DNA of 64,000 nucleotides from Coriobacteriales bacterium (GTDB lineage Bacteria > Actinomycetota > Coriobacteriia > Coriobacteriales > UBA8131): assembly GCA_031256715.1 (NCBI GenBank), contig JAIRQA010000012.1:525-64524 (forward strand), read 5' to 3'. A program made the position numbers and the translations under genes. Shown in pieces: positions 61,196 to 64,000 of this stretch (positions are counted from its first letter, which is position 1; each line of letters begins with the position of its first letter). The notes below the pieces were generated by a model. The model was not told the origin of the DNA. It saw nothing but the letters and a program-made list of their open reading frames with translations, and searched no databases.

Positions 61196-63844
61196 TTAAG
61201 CGCGAATTTCCCAAGCTCCAAGTTTATCATAGGCATCATTAAACAAAGTGTCTCCATTTAAGAAATCCTCACCAGTGTAAGACGTGTCTGAGCGATCTTC
61301 GGGATCGATGCAAGGATAAACACGGCAAAGCAGGCCACGGCAAGTCCAAGTGCCTGTTGCTTTGTCCGAGGCTTCAACCGAGCCATCTGTTAGCACATTA
61401 GCGTTAGACATAAAGATACCTTGACTCCAGGGTTCTTCTGCTGGCAACTCTGGATACCACCAACTGGGCATGACTTGTACTGTTCCTTTAACAATGGCTT
61501 GGTCTACTTGGGCTTTTTGGCGTATACGTCCACGCTCGTTCTCGATCCAAACCCAATCACCATCGCGGATTCCCAGCTCTCTGGCATCCTCGCGGTGCAT
61601 GTAGCAACGCGGCCATGGAAACATAGAGCGTGTGCCTTGCCCAGGAACGCGATTTTCAGAGTGATAAAGCACGCTTACTCTGCCGCCGGTTGTTAGTCTA
61701 AGTGGATACTTCTTTGCCAGTTCTGGGTTAGAAAGAGGTGTTTCGGGTAGTTCTTTATAAATGGGCAATGGATTGTAGCCTAAATCTTGCATAAAGGATG
61801 GGAAGATTTCTGCTTTGCGCGATGGTGTAACAAATCCTCGTGTCTGACCATTGGGCAAAAGTTCAGTATACTTGCGAAAACGTGTTGGCGAGGGGAAGTA
61901 TGTGCCCATCTCTACCATTTCGTTATAACTAAACGTTGTGCCACGAGATATTCTGTATTCTATAAGTTCCTCGTAGGTTTTCCATGGCCAGTATTCTTCC
62001 TGACCCATGGCTATGCCAAGTGAGCGGAAGAAGTCGTAGTCCATACGGCGGTCGTAAAGCGGCTTACTGCCGCGATCACCACAGACGCTAAAGTCGTTAG
62101 AGTCCTCGGCGGTTGTATAGCATGGACGCTCTAAAGAATCTGCCGCGGGGAAGATATAGTCTGCAAGTGCTGCTGTTGGTGTTTTCCAGTACTCGACTAC
62201 AACCAAAAGCTCCAAGGCTTTAAGCGCCTCATAAACGCGTTTTGTATCTGCGCACCAGGCAAGCGGATTAGAGCTCCAACAAATCATTGCCGTTACAGGG
62301 TAGGGGTTTTTGTCTATAATTGCGTCCCACATTAAAGTTGGCGAGCAAAGCATCTGGTGCAACATTGGTCTGGGAATGCCAAAAATCTTTTTGTAGCAGT
62401 CATAAATTGGCTCGAATCCCTTCCAGCTCATTGCTTTAAAGATATCGTTGCCAATGAACTTGGGGCGAATCTCTGGCTTGCAAAGCTCACTTAATTCTAG
62501 TTCTGCGTCGCGCACCGGAAAACTTAAGACACCATCTTCGCCTGGAGGTGTGCCTGGCTCACCTACAAATTCGCCGCCAGGGATGTCTATGTAGTTACAT
62601 AAGATACGGCAAATTGTCTTAGCGATGCACAAGCCAGAAGCATTTGGCCCATGTTGGTCGCCACCACCTAAGCCCCAAGTGATAAAGGCTGTGCCATTAG
62701 TTGCGTAGGTCTTGGCGGTGTCGCGAATCTTGTTTTCTGGTAAGCCAGTAATCTCGGCTGCCCACTCTACACTATATTCTGCAGCCATAGCTTTTATGGC
62801 ATCAAACGCGGTTTGGCAGACAACAGTGCTGCCATCTTTTAAGGTAATCTTGAAGTCTCCTTCTAGTGCTGCTAATACTTCGCCTGCATAGTAGCGGTTT
62901 TCGTCCGAGCACCATTGTGTTGCTGCGTTTGTCTTTTCATCCCAAACTACAAAGTCTTCGTGTTTCCCATCTGTGACAATATCTGATGCTCTTATCATCT
63001 GATTATCAGATTTGCGCACAAGAAAGACTGCGTTAGACCAGTAACGTAAAAACTCTTCGTCATACCATTTATTGGCGATAATCTCGTGCATCCACGCTAA
63101 TGCCAAAGCCTGATCTGTTCCTGGACGAATTGCCAACCAGTGGTCGGCAAGAAGAGCTTGGGTTGTGCATACTGGATCTATGACAATCAACTTGGGTTTC
63201 TTGCCTGGACGATTCATAGATGCCAGATAGCTGCGCCACATAGGCGATTGTGGACCATATTTTTCGGAAGCGCTTAAGCCCCAAATAACAAAGGTGTCGG
63301 CCTGGTCTATTCCTGCCGGCACAATAGATTCTATTGGCCAGCCGCACATAGCCATGTTTAAGGTGTAGTTCCAGCACCAGCAAATTGTGCCAGGGTCTAC
63401 AACATTGCCAGGGTTGCCAAGGATATTTGTGAAGCGTGAGCGCGCCCAAAGATGATCGGAGCGATATGTACCCTCAGAAGAGACAAGTGTTTCAGGGCCA
63501 TGTTTGTTAATAAGCGCTTGAAGCTTTTCGGCAACTTCGCCTATCGCTTGGTCGTAGCCTATCTGCTCCCAGCGATCTTCTCCACGTTTGCCAACGCGTT
63601 TTAGTACGTGATTGATGCGCTTGGGATGATAGTGCATCTGGATGGCCTTCTCGCCATTTTTACCCATGCGATCGCAAAGTACTGTGCCTTCTTTGGGATT
63701 ACCCTTAATTTTAACGACGCGATCTGTGGCAGTGTCTACGCCAATAATTATGCCGCAGTTCATGTGGCAAAAAAAGCAGCGTGAATAAGTCCACTGTATC
63801 CCGTCTTCGTCTATGTGCTTGTTGGGCATGAACTCTGTACTCAT
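61196..63844 (-). CDS. molybdopterin (bis-MGD) oxidoreductase, DMSO-reductase superfamily, no Tat signal
   Basis: N-terminal Fe-S motif CFFCHMNCG (Cx2Cx3C) at residues ~23-30 with no twin-arginine leader. 882 aa. SD AAGGAG. Typical MGD-binding stretches (VIDPVCT..., ITWGLGGG...). The substrate cannot be inferred. Confidence 0.88.
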   Translation of the reverse strand: MSTEFMPNKHIDEDGIQWTYSRCFFCHMNCGIIIGVDTATDRVVKIKGNPKEGTVLCDRMGKNGEKAIQMHYHPKRINHVLKRVGKRGEDRWEQIGYDQAIGEVAEKLQALINKHGPETLVSSEGTYRSDHLWARSRFTNILGNPGNVVDPGTICWCWNYTLNMAMCGWPIESIVPAGIDQADTFVIWGLSASEKYGPQSPMWRSYLASMNRPGKKPKLIVIDPVCTTQALLADHWLAIRPGTDQALALAWMHEIIANKWYDEEFLRYWSNAVFLVRKSDNQMIRASDIVTDGKHEDFVVWDEKTNAATQWCSDENRYYAGEVLAALEGDFKITLKDGSTVVCQTAFDAIKAMAAEYSVEWAAEITGLPENKIRDTAKTYATNGTAFITWGLGGGDQHGPNASGLCIAKTICRILCNYIDIPGGEFVGEPGTPPGEDGVLSFPVRDAELELSELCKPEIRPKFIGNDIFKAMSWKGFEPIYDCYKKIFGIPRPMLHQMLCSPTLMWDAIIDKNPYPVTAMICWSSNPLAWCADTKRVYEALKALELLVVVEYWKTPTAALADYIFPAADSLERPCYTTAEDSNDFSVCGDRGSKPLYDRRMDYDFFRSLGIAMGQEEYWPWKTYEELIEYRISRGTTFSYNEMVEMGTYFPSPTRFRKYTELLPNGQTRGFVTPSRKAEIFPSFMQDLGYNPLPIYKELPETPLSNPELAKKYPLRLTTGGRVSVLYHSENRVPGQGTRSMFPWPRCYMHREDARELGIRDGDWVWIENERGRIRQKAQVDQAIVKGTVQVMPSWWYPELPAEEPWSQGIFMSNANVLTDGSVEASDKATGTWTCRGLLCRVYPCIDPEDRSDTSYTGEDFLNGDTLFNDAYDKLGAWEIRA

Positions 63845-64000
63845 TTAATACTCCTTTCGTTAGAAATTTCAACTTGATTTACTAAGCATGCTTCCCTTTG
63901 GGATATAGCGATTTTCGGACATCTATTTTTGCCAAACATGACCTTTTAAGGGTGAACTTAATGGGTGATAGAGGGTGAGGCTATTGGTTATGATGCGGTA

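Noticed and set aside
61196-63844. The idea that the Mo-oxidoreductase belongs to the NRPS pathway, for example tailoring of a catechol or aryl starter unit.
   Set aside because: It is on the opposite strand and convergent, and it is separated from the NRPS operon by a REP array and a perfect 15-bp hairpin. There is no sequence-based link. This is kept only as a remote possibility testable by co-expression.

Overview
This 64-kb chromosomal window has gene content typical of an anaerobic Gram-positive, Actinomycetota/Coriobacteriia-like genome; that assignment is inferred from gene content only. From left to right: (i) A membrane-bound [NiFe] hydrogenase (3' end of the small subunit, large subunit, cytochrome b), an MFS transporter, a hydrogenase maturation protease fused to a membrane domain, and a PflX-type radical SAM gene. 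(ii) A housekeeping block ftsZ-yggS-sepF-proC-yggT, an inserted Fic gene, rpsP-KH-rimM-trmD, a fused glyQS and a PPDK/PEP-synthase regulatory kinase. (iii) An accessory stretch holding a ~3-kb cassette (DUF4143-type AAA ATPase plus an overlapping NTase-fold/HTH gene pair) bracketed by near-identical 115-bp direct repeats and REP-like hairpin arrays, an orphan B12-binding radical SAM gene, a 148-bp MITE-like element with target-site duplication, and a 2603-aa LRR-containing surface protein. (iv) The most interesting part is a ~23-25-kb NRPS locus (about 35.7-60.7 kb). It contains an MFS transporter, an AraC regulator, an ECF transporter (T, fused A-A, MptD-like S), two fused ABC permease-ATPases, an Sfp-type PPTase, an aryl-acid AMP ligase, a 2559-aa NRPS (ArCP-Cy-A-T-Cy-A-T, no release domain), a type II thioesterase and two tandem free-standing condensation-like paralogs. 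This looks like a yersiniabactin/pyochelin-style aryl-thiazoline/oxazoline metallophore pathway with an atypical off-loading and transport set. (v) A convergent 2x[4Fe-4S] ferredoxin and a Tat-less molybdopterin oxidoreductase close the window. Across the window there are many short tandem duplications. Several start inside the 3' end of a gene and copy its stop codon, and many insert low-complexity segments into conserved enzymes. There are also two related families of REP-like palindromic hairpin repeats. No rRNA, tRNA or CRISPR array was seen.
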